Origin: Candidatus Latescibacterota bacterium
GTDB taxonomy: Bacteria > Latescibacterota > UBA2968 > UBA8231
Direction: 5' to 3'
Assembly (NCBI GenBank): GCA_965248355.1
Contig: OZ252098.1
Span: 3,072,001-3,136,000, forward strand
Length of the DNA stretch: 64,000 nt
In this document: positions 1 to 10,582 of the stretch, in pieces
How positions within the stretch are numbered: the stretch's first letter is position 1
Layout: each line of letters begins with the position of its first letter
Notes under the pieces: model-generated
Seen by the model: the letters and a program-made list of their open reading frames with translations, nothing else
Told to the model about the DNA's origin: nothing
The model's database searches: none
Position numbers and translations under genes: made by a program

Positions 1-847
1 CATCGACGCTCACCCGGGCCCGCTCCCCGAAGGGGGGCACCCTGACGCCGTACACGAGCAGGACACGGTTGTCCTGCAGACGAATCATGTGCGCGGGGTA
101 GCCGAGAATCGCGGTCTTGAACGGCTCAGTCCAGGTGCGGCCACCGTCACGGCTCTCGGCCTGGAACATGAACTTCTCTTCCAGCCGGGATGTCCCATAG
201 CGGAACATCCCGATGAGCTTGCCGCTCTCGGCTTCGACGACATACGGTTCGCCCAGGCCGATGCCCTCCGGCTCGGGGACCTTGCCGATGACCTGCCACG
301 AGCGTCCCTGGTCCGTCGATTCCTCGGCGGTCAGGCCGTGGACTCCGTCGAAGGTGCCGCTGCCGAGGTAGAGCAGCCTGCCGTCGTCGAGCTCGACCGG
401 TCCATGGGGAGCGGACCCCACACTTCTGACCGGTTCCTCCCAGGTGAGGCCCGAGTCCGTGGATCGCTGCGTCCAGTGCCCCATCCAGCGTTCCCGCACC
501 TCGGGGCTCAGCGTCTCGGCGTGGGCCTTGTAGTCTTCGTTCTCCCCGAACTCTACCGATGTGAACCAGGTGGTGATCAGCGTGCCGTCGGAGGTCTCCA
601 CCAGTCCGGCGTCGCGGTCGTCGAGGGGCGTATTGCGAATGACGACGGGATCACTCCAGGTCGCACCCTCATCGGAGCTGCGCACCATTTCCGTCTTGCC
701 CCACGGGCAGATGTGGTCGTCGCGGTCGCCCGAGAACACGACGATCAGCTCGCCGGCGCGGGTGCGCACGATCGTCGGCCAGCCGATATAGCGGCCCGGC
801 TCCTTGCAGAGGATCCGGCTGGACAGAATCCCGGCTTCAGGTGCCAT
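1..847 (-). CDS. Sialidase-like BNR/Asp-box protein, runs off the left edge
   Basis: Not in the ORF track. Manual translation from ATG 847 gives MAPEAGILSSRILCKEPGRYIGWPTIVRTRAGELIVVFSG...SSDEGATWS (Asp-box)...DDRDAG. It directly follows the stop at 851. Confidence 0.8.
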   Translation of the reverse strand, partial: MAPEAGILSSRILCKEPGRYIGWPTIVRTRAGELIVVFSGDRDDHICPWGKTEMVRSSDEGATWSDPVVIRNTPLDDRDAGLVETSDGTLITTWFTSVEFGENEDYKAHAETLSPEVRERWMGHWTQRSTDSGLTWEEPVRSVGSAPHGPVELDDGRLLYLGSGTFDGVHGLTAEESTDQGRSWQVIGKVPEPEGIGLGEPYVVEAESGKLIGMFRYGTSRLEEKFMFQAESRDGGRTWTEPFKTAILGYPAHMIRLQDNRVLLVYGVRVPPFGERARVSVD

Positions 848-850
848 CCG

Positions 851-2440
851 TCAGGCCTTGGAGGCCGGCTTGTTGGCCGGATTGTTCCGGTCGGTTTTCC
901 ACCGCCATCCCACTTCCTTTCTCCCCGGGGGCAGCGCTACGTTGCTCGACCCCATGAACTGGATGGTCGTGCGCCGCTGCCGCTCGCTGCGCCAGGCGGT
1001 GGTGCCGTGCGCCACGCCGCCGAAGAACAGGACATCGCCGGCCTTCAGGGGCGGTTTGTGTACCTGGGGCAGATCGATGCTGGTCGTCAGGTGCCGGGGA
1101 ATCGGGTACTTGGCCTTGTGACTTCCCGGGACGCAGATGAATCCGCCGCTGTCCTCGCCGAAGCCGGGGGACTCGTCCTGCAACGCCCAGGCCACATTGG
1201 TCTGCTCCACCAGCTGCCGTCCGTTGTAGACGGTATAGCCGCCGGGATTCTGGCCGTGCAACGAGCCGCCGGTGGTGCCCTTGGGGTAGACGCAGCACAT
1301 GGGTTCCGTGGACTCTCTGAAGCCATACCCGAGCATCCAGTTCAACCGCTGGACGACGGCGGGATGACCGATCATCCTGCGGAACGGCTCGCAGTGCGGC
1401 ATCGGAAGCTGATAGAGTCCGCCGAGCCGCGGCCGATTGATCTCCCCGGCCAACCTCGGAGAGGTGTCCTCGGGCCATATCCAGTCGTTCTCGCGCAAGG
1501 CCTGCTCCGGTACATCCTCGACCCGCGAGGGGTGGCCCTCGGGCAACTCGTCCTGCATTTCCAGGGCAAAGGCGATGGCGCGGTTCGCCGCCGCCAGCCA
1601 TTCCTCGTCCATGACGCCTCGCAGGACCAGGTAACCGCGCACGTCCCAGAACCACAGTTCATCGGGATCCGGCTGGCTGTTCTCGTCCAGCTTGAGGATC
1701 ACCGATGGCGGCTGCTCTTCGGCTGTCGCCACCCAGCTTCGTTTCCCATCGGAGATCACCGTGCCACCCCGTCCGGTCGTCATCGTCCCCACGACCGCCT
1801 GTTGCTCCGGGGTCAGCTCCGTCACCCATTCCGGAGCCTCGATCTCGGGATAACCAGCCGTCGGCCTCGCCCGCGAGCTGATGTAGGTGATCTCGAGCAC
1901 GCGGCCGGGCCGGCCGCGGATACCGTGGAGCGTGGTGGCGGCGCAGATGAGCAGATCTCCGGCTTCGAGCACGGGCTCTTCGGTCATTCCCAGATCATCG
2001 GCGCCGGCGAGGAAACCGGCCGGCGGCTCCGTCGAACGGTTGTGGCTGGCCGTGACCAGCACCACGCCTCCGTCTTCGGGCGCAGGTGCAAGAGCCAGGA
2101 ATATCCTCACTCCCTTGCACTCGCGAGTAGCGCCGTAGTTCGCGTACCGCAGCCGCCTGCGGTCGTCCGGTGCGCCGGCCCGCAGGCGCACCCCGGCTGT
2201 CCCTTCGGGACCGTCCGGGACCAGGGCCGGCGGCTCGTCGATCGCGAAATCAGGGCCGCACAGCGTTTCCAGGTAGCTGTTCAATACCGGGTGCTCCTGC
2301 GGCGGCCACTCGAGCATGCCTCCGTCGCGGCCGGCGTCGTCGAGGGCTTCGCTGCAAGCGGCTACTTCGGCGGCCGAGAGCGCCCCGGGCACATGAAGGA
2401 AGCCCGCCACGTCGAATCCATAGTCCTCGTCTGCGGTCAT
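851..2440 (-). CDS. Tandem two-domain PhyH-family (phytanoyl-CoA dioxygenase-like) protein
   Basis: ATG 2440 with GAGGAG SD. Two copies of the FDVAGFL/WDVRGYL...(A/G)SH...AGD.L...HG pattern. Confidence 0.8.
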   Translation of the reverse strand: MTADEDYGFDVAGFLHVPGALSAAEVAACSEALDDAGRDGGMLEWPPQEHPVLNSYLETLCGPDFAIDEPPALVPDGPEGTAGVRLRAGAPDDRRRLRYANYGATRECKGVRIFLALAPAPEDGGVVLVTASHNRSTEPPAGFLAGADDLGMTEEPVLEAGDLLICAATTLHGIRGRPGRVLEITYISSRARPTAGYPEIEAPEWVTELTPEQQAVVGTMTTGRGGTVISDGKRSWVATAEEQPPSVILKLDENSQPDPDELWFWDVRGYLVLRGVMDEEWLAAANRAIAFALEMQDELPEGHPSRVEDVPEQALRENDWIWPEDTSPRLAGEINRPRLGGLYQLPMPHCEPFRRMIGHPAVVQRLNWMLGYGFRESTEPMCCVYPKGTTGGSLHGQNPGGYTVYNGRQLVEQTNVAWALQDESPGFGEDSGGFICVPGSHKAKYPIPRHLTTSIDLPQVHKPPLKAGDVLFFGGVAHGTTAWRSERQRRTTIQFMGSSNVALPPGRKEVGWRWKTDRNNPANKPASKA

Positions 2441-2448
2441 GGTACTCC

Positions 2449-3315
2449 TCACTGGTTTCTGTTGAGGTCCAGGGTGCGCCAATAGTGCTGAAACTTCGTC
2501 GACTTCCAGCCGGCGTAGATCTCGTCCCAGCCCATGCGGTTGAAGTGGGGCCGCAGCGATCCCTCCGTGACCGGCTTCGAGGACCCTTGATAGTGGTAGT
2601 CCACCGAAAGGCGGATCCGGTCGGGACTGCGGTTCGGCAGGGCCTTGTGAACGGCATGACTGTGGAAGAACAGGGCATCGCCCACTTCGAAGTCCGCCGT
2701 TCTCCACCGGAGTCCTTCGGTTTCCAGCGGCGCCGTATCGATGCCGACTTTGCCCGCTCCGAGGGCCGGCTGTACCGGATACAGGCCGCCTCTGTGCGAT
2801 CCCGCCAGGACCGAGAGTCCACCCAGCTCCCTTGGGCATGGGCCGAGTGGTATCCATGCGGTATACGTTTCCGGTGTTCCCCGGATATGGATGTAATCCT
2901 GGTGCGCGGGCGTTGTGTAGCTGGTGTTCTCCGGGAACATGATCCTTCCGATGTTCCGCGGATGGGCGAGTGTCTTCTCGCCGAAGAGCTTGTCGCACAT
3001 CTCCAGGATCGCCGGATGGTGGGCGAAGGCATGGAAGGATTCCAGGCGTTGGAACTCGTCCAGGACGGGCCAGTAGCCATCGTCGCCTTCCATGAACGGC
3101 CCGCCGGCGCGGATGCCGTCCATCAGCGCTTCGCCGCCTTGTACCCATCCGTGGCGGTGACAGATCTCCAGGAAGTCGCGGCGCAGGCTCAGGATGGAGC
3201 CGCCATCGATGAGACCGCGGAAGAAGAGGCAGCCGTCCTGCCGGGCCCGATCCTGAAGTTGGTTCGGCTGGTTCAGGAGTTCGTTTGAGACGGCGAATGG
3301 TTCAACTCTTGCCAC
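2449..3315 (-). CDS. PhyH-family Fe(II)/2OG dioxygenase
   Basis: HQD, GSH, GDALFFHSHAVH and RLSVD motifs; GTG start with SD. Confidence 0.88.
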   Translation of the reverse strand: MARVEPFAVSNELLNQPNQLQDRARQDGCLFFRGLIDGGSILSLRRDFLEICHRHGWVQGGEALMDGIRAGGPFMEGDDGYWPVLDEFQRLESFHAFAHHPAILEMCDKLFGEKTLAHPRNIGRIMFPENTSYTTPAHQDYIHIRGTPETYTAWIPLGPCPRELGGLSVLAGSHRGGLYPVQPALGAGKVGIDTAPLETEGLRWRTADFEVGDALFFHSHAVHKALPNRSPDRIRLSVDYHYQGSSKPVTEGSLRPHFNRMGWDEIYAGWKSTKFQHYWRTLDLNRNQ

Positions 3316-3384
3316 AGGATGCTCCTCGCTTGCTGGATGCCGACGGGCCGCCTCCGCGTCCCGGCAAGATCAGTTCGGCCGCGG

Positions 3385-4126
3385 CTAGCGAATCAGGACC
3401 AACTTGCGCGCCCATACATCCTCCGCGGTCACCAGCCGGTAGAGGTAGGTGCCGCTGGCCAAGGGCCGTCCCCGGCCGTCGCGGCCGTTCCAGTGGAGGC
3501 GGTGGAGGCCGGCCTTGTGGTCTCCCGAGGCCAGGACCGCCACCCGCTGGCCGTTCAGCGCGAACACCTCCAGGCGCGCGGGGCCCGGGGAGAGGAGGAA
3601 CCAGGAGATGACGGTCTGGCTGTTGAACGGGTTGGGCGCGTTCTGCTGCAGCAGCGGGCCGTCGGGCAGGCCGATCCGCTCCCGGGCCAGGGCCATCAGC
3701 GGCCCCGCCGTGCTCGATATAGTGCCCGCCGTCATGCTCTCCGTCCACACGGTGGACGAGCGGCTCACCCATGGCGTCCGTCTCATATTGGAAGGTCAGG
3801 TCCCCATGGCCGTGCTCCCGCATCTGTTGCGCGAAGAAGGCCTGGATCCGCACAATGGCGGTCTTCATCGAATCGACCACCTCGGCGCGGAAGGGGCGGT
3901 CACTGGGCAGGAAGTAGATCAACCTCACGGTGCGTTCGGGCCAACCCTTCAGGCCAGCCGGCTTGGCGGCGAGCGCCTGGCCGAATTCGCCCTGGTAGAT
4001 GACGCGGCAGAAGGGCGCATGCCCGTCACCCGACAGGTCGGTGGAAGCATCCGCTGGCGGTATGGCGGCAAGCAGGAACCCGGCCAGCGCAAGGGGGCGA
4101 GATCCCTGAACTATTCGATCGTTCAT
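3385..4126 (-). pseudogene. Internally deleted secreted protein: signal peptide and N-domain joined out of frame to a FlgD/T9SS-like CTD
   Basis: ATG 4126 gives MNDRIVQ...RTVRLIYFLPSDRPF...HYIEH. The frame switches at ~3710 to GPLMALARERIGLPDGPLLQQNAPNPFNSQT...SGTYLYRL...RKLVLIR*. Confidence 0.75.
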
Positions 4127-4268
4127 TGCCTGTCTCCCTCCCGTAGCAGTCTTCCCCGGCATTGGGCTCGCCGCCACAACGTGCCAGCAAGGGCAGGAAC
4201 CGTCGGGACTCTCCGGGGGTGGTACGGGGCGGATTGCCTCCTGATCCTCATCAAGGTAACCTACGGGC

Positions 4269-5489
4269 ATGAGCAACGACGCCGAAACCGTCATCGTCGG
4301 CGGCGGCATCTGGGGCCTCAGCACCGCCTGGCACCTGGCCGAGCGCGGCGCGGGACCGGTGCGTGTCCTCGAGCGCAACGCCGAGGTGGCGGGCGAGACC
4401 ACCCCCCGCGCCGCCGGGCTGGTGGGCCAGGTGCGCAGCTCGGCGGCCATGTGCCGGGCGATCCGCTACGCCCTCGACCTGCTCTCCGGGTTCGCCGAGA
4501 GGTCCGGCCACGACCCGGGCCTGCGCCGGCCGGGGAGCCTGCTCGTGGCCCTGACGCCGGAGCGGATGGCCGCCTACGAAGGCCTGATCGAGCGCGCCCG
4601 GGCCAGCGGGGTCGAGGCCGCCTTCGTCTCCCAAGGCGAGATGGAGCGGCTCTGCCCGGGCATGGACGTCGCCCGCCTCGAGGGCGGCTGCTACATCACC
4701 GGCGACGGCTACGTCGACCCCGGCCGCTGCGCCCGCGCCTTTGCCGCCGCCGCCCGCGACCGGGGGGTCCGCATCGACTGCTCCGCCGAGGTGACGGGTC
4801 TCGAGGTCCAGGGCGGCGCCGTGCGCGGCGTGCGCACCGCCGCCGGAGCGATCGCCGCCGACCGGGTGGTCCTCACCGCCGGCCCCTGGACCAGCCGCCT
4901 GCTGGCCCGCTTCGGCGCCGACGGGCTGCCCCTGCAGACGATCCGTCACCAGCGCGCCCGCACCGCCGGCGCCGGGATCTCCGCCGACCACCCGGTGGTC
5001 CGCGTCACCGAGGCGAGCTGCTACGTGCGTCCGGAGCGCGGCGGCTACCTCTACGGCTTCTTCGAGCCCGAACCGCATCTCGTCGATTTCGAGGATCTGC
5101 CCGAGGGCTTCCGCACCTCCGACGTGGCCGAGCCGCGCGGCACCATCGCCGAGGCCGCGCGCCGGCTGGCCCCCCTCTTCCCATCGCTGCCCGGGCTGGA
5201 GGTGGCCGAGTACTCCCAGGGCGTCACCTCCTTCGCCCCGGACGGCGGCTACCTGCTCGGTCCGGTGCCGGCGGTGGAGGGGCTGTTCGCGGCCTCGGCC
5301 TGCGCCGCCCTCGGCATCGCCGGGGCCGCGGCCGTGGGGCGCTGGCTGGCGGGATGGGTGATCGACGGCGAGCCCGGCGAGGACCTGGCGCAGTTCGGTC
5401 TCGAACGCTTCGGCGAGCGCGGCCGCGACCGCGAATGGGTGCGCCGCGAGAGCCGCGGCTTCTACGCCACCTACTACGACGTCCGCTGA
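4269..5489 (+). CDS. FAD-dependent oxidoreductase (DAO/sarcosine/dimethylglycine oxidase-like)
   Basis: GGGIWG dinucleotide fold, DGYVDP, AGPW and FAPDG motifs. Confidence 0.88.
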   Translation: MSNDAETVIVGGGIWGLSTAWHLAERGAGPVRVLERNAEVAGETTPRAAGLVGQVRSSAAMCRAIRYALDLLSGFAERSGHDPGLRRPGSLLVALTPERMAAYEGLIERARASGVEAAFVSQGEMERLCPGMDVARLEGGCYITGDGYVDPGRCARAFAAAARDRGVRIDCSAEVTGLEVQGGAVRGVRTAAGAIAADRVVLTAGPWTSRLLARFGADGLPLQTIRHQRARTAGAGISADHPVVRVTEASCYVRPERGGYLYGFFEPEPHLVDFEDLPEGFRTSDVAEPRGTIAEAARRLAPLFPSLPGLEVAEYSQGVTSFAPDGGYLLGPVPAVEGLFAASACAALGIAGAAAVGRWLAGWVIDGEPGEDLAQFGLERFGERGRDREWVRRESRGFYATYYDVR

Positions 5490-5510
5490 CAGGAGGCGAA
5501 AGGAGATCCG

Positions 5511-6227
5511 ATGGCGGACTTGAGCGGCCAGGTGGCCGTGGTCGTGGGCAGCAGCTCGGGGATGGGGAGGGCGGCGGCGCGGGCCTGTGCCGGCGCCGGG
5601 GCGAAGGTGGTGCTGGCCGCGCGCCGCGCCGGCGAGCTGCAGGCGCTGGCGGCCGAGATCGGCGACCGGGCCCTCGCCTGTCCGGCCGACGTGACCGATG
5701 CGGCCCAGGTGGACGACCTCGTCCGCACCGCCCTCGACGCCTTCGGCCGCATCGACGTGCTGCTCTACGCCACCGGGACCAACATCCCGGATCGCAGCCT
5801 TCAGGTGCTCTCCCGCGAGACCTGGAACGACATGATCGCCACCAACCTCACCGGCGCCTTCCACTGCACGCAGGCGGTGCTGCCGGCCATGCGCGCCCAG
5901 GGCTCGGGCCTGATCATCTACCTCTCCTCCGGCTGCGTGCAGAAGCCCGATGTCTCCGGCGTCGCCTACCAGGCCACCAAGTGCGGGCTCTCCGGCCTCG
6001 CCCACGGGACCTTCGAGGAGGAGCGGGAGAACGGCATCCGCACCACCGTGATCTTCCCCGGCCTGTGCGACACCCCCCTGGTCCTGCGGCGTCCGACGCC
6101 GACCCCGCCCGAGGTCATGGCCAAGGCCCTGCAGCCCGAGGACGTGGCCGACGCCTGCCTCTACGTGGCCGCCACGCCGGGCCGGGCGCGGGTGCCGGAG
6201 CTCGTGCTCCTGCCCGCCGGCCTGTAG
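5511..6227 (+). CDS. Short-chain dehydrogenase/reductase
   Basis: GSSSGMG cofactor motif and YQATK catalytic motif. Confidence 0.9.
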   Translation: MADLSGQVAVVVGSSSGMGRAAARACAGAGAKVVLAARRAGELQALAAEIGDRALACPADVTDAAQVDDLVRTALDAFGRIDVLLYATGTNIPDRSLQVLSRETWNDMIATNLTGAFHCTQAVLPAMRAQGSGLIIYLSSGCVQKPDVSGVAYQATKCGLSGLAHGTFEEERENGIRTTVIFPGLCDTPLVLRRPTPTPPEVMAKALQPEDVADACLYVAATPGRARVPELVLLPAGL

Positions 6228-6239
6228 CCCCCGCCTCTC

Positions 6240-6581
6240 TCAGCCAACCCCGGGCGTCACCTGCTCCAGGTAGTCCACCAGCCGGCGCCGGGCCGGGCTG
6301 TCCCCGTGGATCTCAAGGCCCACCCGCGCCCACGTGAGGGGCGTGGTTCCGTGCTCGTCGTCCGCCGCCGTCGGATCGGCCCCGGCCTCGACGAGGAGTC
6401 GCGCCAGGCCGGCCGTGGCGCCCAGGTGCAGGGGCGTCTGGCCCATGTCGGCCCGGGCGTCGACCTCGGCGCCGCGGGCGATCAGGGCCGCCGCCAGGGC
6501 GCCGTGGGCCAGCAGGAGGCGCGCGACCTCGGGGGTCGCCGCGTGGTGCAGGGGCGGCGCCCCGTCCAGGGCCGGCGCCAT
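6240..6581 (-). pseudogene. Ankyrin-repeat protein remnant
   Basis: GAPPLHHAA..LLLAHGA, GQTPLHLGA..LLVEAGADP and GTTPLTWA repeats. An abrupt LLAHGA|LAAALIARGA junction lacks a TPLH segment, and there is no convincing 5' end. Confidence 0.65.
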
Positions 6582-6750
6582 CCCGCCGCTCGGAGCCGGG
6601 TTCGCGGGAAGGGTCGGAGGGGGGCATGGGGTCTTGCAGCGGGCCCGCGGAGAGCGCTGGCCAGGGGCCCGCAATCTACCGGACCGCCGGCGCCAGCGGC
6701 AAGGCCGCGGGTCTTGATGGTCCCCCGCCCTTCGGCGACTCTATCGCACC

Positions 6751-7281
6751 ATGAACCGCCCGGCCGCCGGACCCTGGCGGGAAATCGCCCGCCCCCTGCT
6801 CGACACCAGCGTGCACCCCCTGCGCTACGTCCTGCGCGCCTGGCCCCTGGCCATGGGGCCGACCTTCGCCATCGCCCTCTTCCTCTCCGTCCTCTTCCAC
6901 CTGCTCGGCCTGGACCCCCTCCCCGAGGACGACCCGTGGCGGGGCCTGGCGTCGATGCCGAAGGGCTGGCTCCTGCTCCAGGTCGTCCTCGTCGCGCCCC
7001 TGGCCGAGACCCTGCTCATGGCGCCCCTGCTGGCCCTGCTCATGCGCCTGTGGGGGGGCCGCCGGCTCCCGGCCGCCCTGTCCTCGGCGGCGGCGTGGGC
7101 CGTCTTGCACTCCCTGAGCGCCCTGCTCTGGGGGCTGTGCATCTTCTGGACCTTCTTCGTGTTCTCCACCGCCTGGCTGGCCTGGAGGCCGCGCTCCTTC
7201 CGGCACGCCTACTTCGTCACCGCCGGGATCCACGCCCTCCACAACGCCGTGGCCGGCCTGGGCCTGATGCTGGCCTGGTAG
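6751..7281 (+). CDS. CPBP (Abi/CAAX-II) intramembrane metalloprotease-like protein
   Basis: Multi-TM; APLAET (EE-like motif), WAVLH and HALHN. Confidence 0.72.
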   Translation: MNRPAAGPWREIARPLLDTSVHPLRYVLRAWPLAMGPTFAIALFLSVLFHLLGLDPLPEDDPWRGLASMPKGWLLLQVVLVAPLAETLLMAPLLALLMRLWGGRRLPAALSSAAAWAVLHSLSALLWGLCIFWTFFVFSTAWLAWRPRSFRHAYFVTAGIHALHNAVAGLGLMLAW

Positions 7282-7353
7282 ACGGAGGGTGCCCCCGGGT
7301 ATAGCATTCGGCCCTGATTTAGTATCAGATCCTGAAGAGAGGGAGGTGCTCCC

Positions 7354-10300
7354 ATGAAAATCCGGAATTCGTTCCTCACCCGGAATTCGTTCATCACAAT
7401 GTTGGCCGGCGCGGCCCTGCTCTGGGCCGGACCCGCACAGGCCCAGGGAACGGGCGCGGTGGCCGCCACCGTGGTCGACGACGCCAGCGGACAGGCCCTG
7501 GAATCGGCCCTGGTCCACATCGAGGCCCTGGACCTCGGCGGCTTCTCCGGCGAGCAGGGACGGTTCAACCTCGACGAGGTGCCGGCCGGCGAGCACGAGT
7601 TGAAGGCCGAGCTGATCGGCTACTCGCAGGCCACCGTCACCGTGATGGTGCAGGCGGGGGAGACCACCGAGGTGGAGTTGCGCCTGGAACCCAGCGCCTT
7701 CCTCTTCGAGGCCATGGCGGTGACCGGCACCGCCTTCAAGGAGTCGCCCATCAACCTGCCCTACGCGGTGACCACGGCGAACCGGGCCAAGCTCAAGGAG
7801 CAGGGCTCGCCCCAGCCCGTCGACTTCTTCAAGAACCTGAGCGCCAGCCACGGCGTGATCGGCGAGCGGAGCAGTTGGTACAACGCCAACCAGGCCGCCA
7901 CCCTTTCCGAGAGCATCGCCAACGTCAACCTGCGCGGCCTGGGGGCCTCGCGGACCCTGGTGCTGTTCAACGGCCGCCGCCAGACCTACGTGCCCGCCCG
8001 CCTCATCGGCGGCCGCTTCGTCGACGTGAATTCCATCCCTTCCATCGCCCTGGACCGGGTCGAGGTGCTCAAGGAGGGGGCCGCGGCCATCTATGGTTCG
8101 GACGCGGTGGCCGGGGTCGCCAACTTCCTGACCCGCTCCGACTTCACGGGGTTCGAAGTCTCGGCCTCGCACGAGTATCTGGCCGGTGCGGGGGACAGCG
8201 ACGTCGGCGCGATTTGGGGCGGCCAACTCGGCGGGGCCCATGCGGTCGTGGCCGGGGAATGGCGAAAACGCGCGGAGTTGCCGTCCACCGAGAGGGACTA
8301 CCTGCTGCAGCCGTGGCACGGCAGCGGGCTGCCCGTCGGGCAGCGCCTCGGATGGTCGAGCCTGGGGAACCCGGGAACCTTCGCCGTCGGCGCTCCGGCT
8401 CCCTGGACGGCCGCCATCCACGCCCCGCAGTGCGAGCAGTTCGGCGGCTTCCGGGAGTCCTGGACCTGCCGCTTCCGCTATCAGCAGTACGAGAATCTGA
8501 TCGAGGAGATGAGCCATGTCCGTGCCTTTACCGAGATCAACGGTGCGCTGGACAATGGCACGGAGTATCACTTCGAGGGCCTGTGGGCCCAGGCGGAGAT
8601 TCCGAATTGGTACACCACCCCTTCGTACCCGCCCTTCCCACTGACGGACACCAGCATCATGGAGGTCGCGCCCGACCACCCGGGCCGGGAGGCCTTCTGC
8701 GAGGATTATGGTAGTACTCAGGACAGTGTTAGGGTCGGCGACAGGAACGTCAACTACTACAACGAATGCCAGGGCGGCGAGAACTGGTATTTCAACGGCC
8801 GCCCCTTCGGCAACTCGGGTCCCGGGCGCATTCTGGGCCGCGACTCCAGCACGTGGCGCGTGGCGGCTTCGGCGAATGGGGACTTCATGTCATTCGGCGG
8901 TCGAGAGACCCATTTCGATCTGGGTCTGTCCTATTCGCGCACCGAGGGCAACTACAACCTGCCGGGGGTGTACATCGAGCGGCTCTTCCTCGGCTTCCGC
9001 GGGTTCGGGGGCCCCGGCTGCGGCGTCGGCGTGGAGGCGGATCCCACCGACTTGGCCGGGATGCGGCTCGGCCCGCTCAACGGCCAGGTGGCCGGTCAGG
9101 ACGACTGCCAGTACTACAACCCCTTCGGCAATGCCATCGAGAACACGGATCAACATGGCTCGGATTTTGTAACCCAGAAGAATCCCTCATACAGCGCCGC
9201 CCTTGCCAACAGCCCCGAGCTGCGGCGCTGGCTGGCAGACAATGAAGTCGATCTGCAGAGCACCGCGGATGTGCTGGTGGCCGACGCGACGCTGACCGGA
9301 ACGTGGATCGAGAACGTGGCCAGCTACGCGGGCGGCTACCAGTTCCGTCTGCTCAATGCCAGCGGCGATCCCAACGACGAGGGGGACGTGACCATCAACC
9401 CCTGTCCGGTCGTGGGCGATATGAACTGCTCAGCCGAGGACAGGTTCGGGCCCTATGCGTTCACCAATGTGAATCGGCCCTATGATGAATCGCAGACGGT
9501 GCACCGCATCTTCGCCGAGATTCCTCTGAGCCTGGGGTCGCGCTTCGACACCCAGCTCGCCGCCAACTACGAGTTCCACGATGTGGCGAGCAGTTTCAAT
9601 CCCAAGTTCGGGGGGCGCTATCAGCTGGCCGAATCCTCCACCCAGTCCCTGTTTCTGCGCGGCTCGGTGCAGACGACGTTCCGCACGCCGTCGCTGGACG
9701 ATGTGAACGAAAGTCCGCTCTCGACGCTCGAGTGGATCAACGAGACGGGCGCCTATCAGACGGTGGACCGAATCGGGAGCAAGGACCTCAAGCCCGAACA
9801 GGCCTTCACCTACAATGCGGGCCTCGCCCTGATCACCGAGGCGGGCCATGAAGCGACCCTCGATTACTGGAGCTACGATTTCAGCGATGTCATCGGTGCC
9901 ATGCCGCACGGGGCCATCACGGCCCTGTATGATGCGAACACGGAAGCCCTGAAGCAGTTCATCGTCTGCCCGGACGGGGTCGGCAGCGGCACCTGCGCGG
10001 CCTCCGAGCTCGAGCGGGTGCGAGTCGATATCGTCAACTGGCCGGGGGTGAAGACCTCGGGAATCGACATGCACCTGGGCACGCGGATGCCCGCGGGCCC
10101 GGGCCAGGTCGCCGCCAGTCTGGACGGCAGCTATATCCTGGCGTACGAGACCAAGGCCTTGATGCTGGACGACCTGGTGCTGCAGGAGGCCGCTGACGCG
10201 GCCGGCTACCTGAACTTCGGCAATCCCATTGCGACCTCCCTGCCCAAGTTGAAGGGGAGGGCCTCGGGAGGCTATCACTGGCAGACCTACAGCTTCGTGA

Positions 10301-10578
10301 GCTACCTGAACTACATCTCCTCGTACGAGGACCGGGGATCGATGGGCTCCGACAATGCCGCCATCAAGGATCTGTTCGGTACCATCGACCCCTTCGTCAC
10401 CTTGGACCTGAGCGTCCTGTGGAGCCTCCCCAATGGCCTCAACATGGTGCTCTCGGGTATGAACCTGCTCGACACCCGGCCGCCCCTGGTCAACATCGAG
10501 CAGGCGTACGACGGCTTCACACACGATCCCAAGGGCCGGCGATTCAAGCTGTCCGTCACCTACGGATTCGGCGGCTGA
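7354..10578 (+). CDS. TonB-dependent receptor with N-terminal carboxypeptidase-regulatory-like domain
   Basis: GGAGG SD, signal peptide, plug motif NLRGLGASRTLVLFNGRR, and EVLKEGAAAIYGSDAVAGVANF. Confidence 0.93.
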   Translation: MKIRNSFLTRNSFITMLAGAALLWAGPAQAQGTGAVAATVVDDASGQALESALVHIEALDLGGFSGEQGRFNLDEVPAGEHELKAELIGYSQATVTVMVQAGETTEVELRLEPSAFLFEAMAVTGTAFKESPINLPYAVTTANRAKLKEQGSPQPVDFFKNLSASHGVIGERSSWYNANQAATLSESIANVNLRGLGASRTLVLFNGRRQTYVPARLIGGRFVDVNSIPSIALDRVEVLKEGAAAIYGSDAVAGVANFLTRSDFTGFEVSASHEYLAGAGDSDVGAIWGGQLGGAHAVVAGEWRKRAELPSTERDYLLQPWHGSGLPVGQRLGWSSLGNPGTFAVGAPAPWTAAIHAPQCEQFGGFRESWTCRFRYQQYENLIEEMSHVRAFTEINGALDNGTEYHFEGLWAQAEIPNWYTTPSYPPFPLTDTSIMEVAPDHPGREAFCEDYGSTQDSVRVGDRNVNYYNECQGGENWYFNGRPFGNSGPGRILGRDSSTWRVAASANGDFMSFGGRETHFDLGLSYSRTEGNYNLPGVYIERLFLGFRGFGGPGCGVGVEADPTDLAGMRLGPLNGQVAGQDDCQYYNPFGNAIENTDQHGSDFVTQKNPSYSAALANSPELRRWLADNEVDLQSTADVLVADATLTGTWIENVASYAGGYQFRLLNASGDPNDEGDVTINPCPVVGDMNCSAEDRFGPYAFTNVNRPYDESQTVHRIFAEIPLSLGSRFDTQLAANYEFHDVASSFNPKFGGRYQLAESSTQSLFLRGSVQTTFRTPSLDDVNESPLSTLEWINETGAYQTVDRIGSKDLKPEQAFTYNAGLALITEAGHEATLDYWSYDFSDVIGAMPHGAITALYDANTEALKQFIVCPDGVGSGTCAASELERVRVDIVNWPGVKTSGIDMHLGTRMPAGPGQVAASLDGSYILAYETKALMLDDLVLQEAADAAGYLNFGNPIATSLPKLKGRASGGYHWQTYSFVSYLNYISSYEDRGSMGSDNAAIKDLFGTIDPFVTLDLSVLWSLPNGLNMVLSGMNLLDTRPPLVNIEQAYDGFTHDPKGRRFKLSVTYGFGG

Positions 10579-10582
10579 CCCC

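Noticed and set aside
89..2485. Long ORFs such as 89..2485, 3449..6337, 12027..15572, 23934..27332 and 42897..45506
   Set aside because: Antisense or alternate-frame shadows of motif-bearing genes; stops are rare at high GC.
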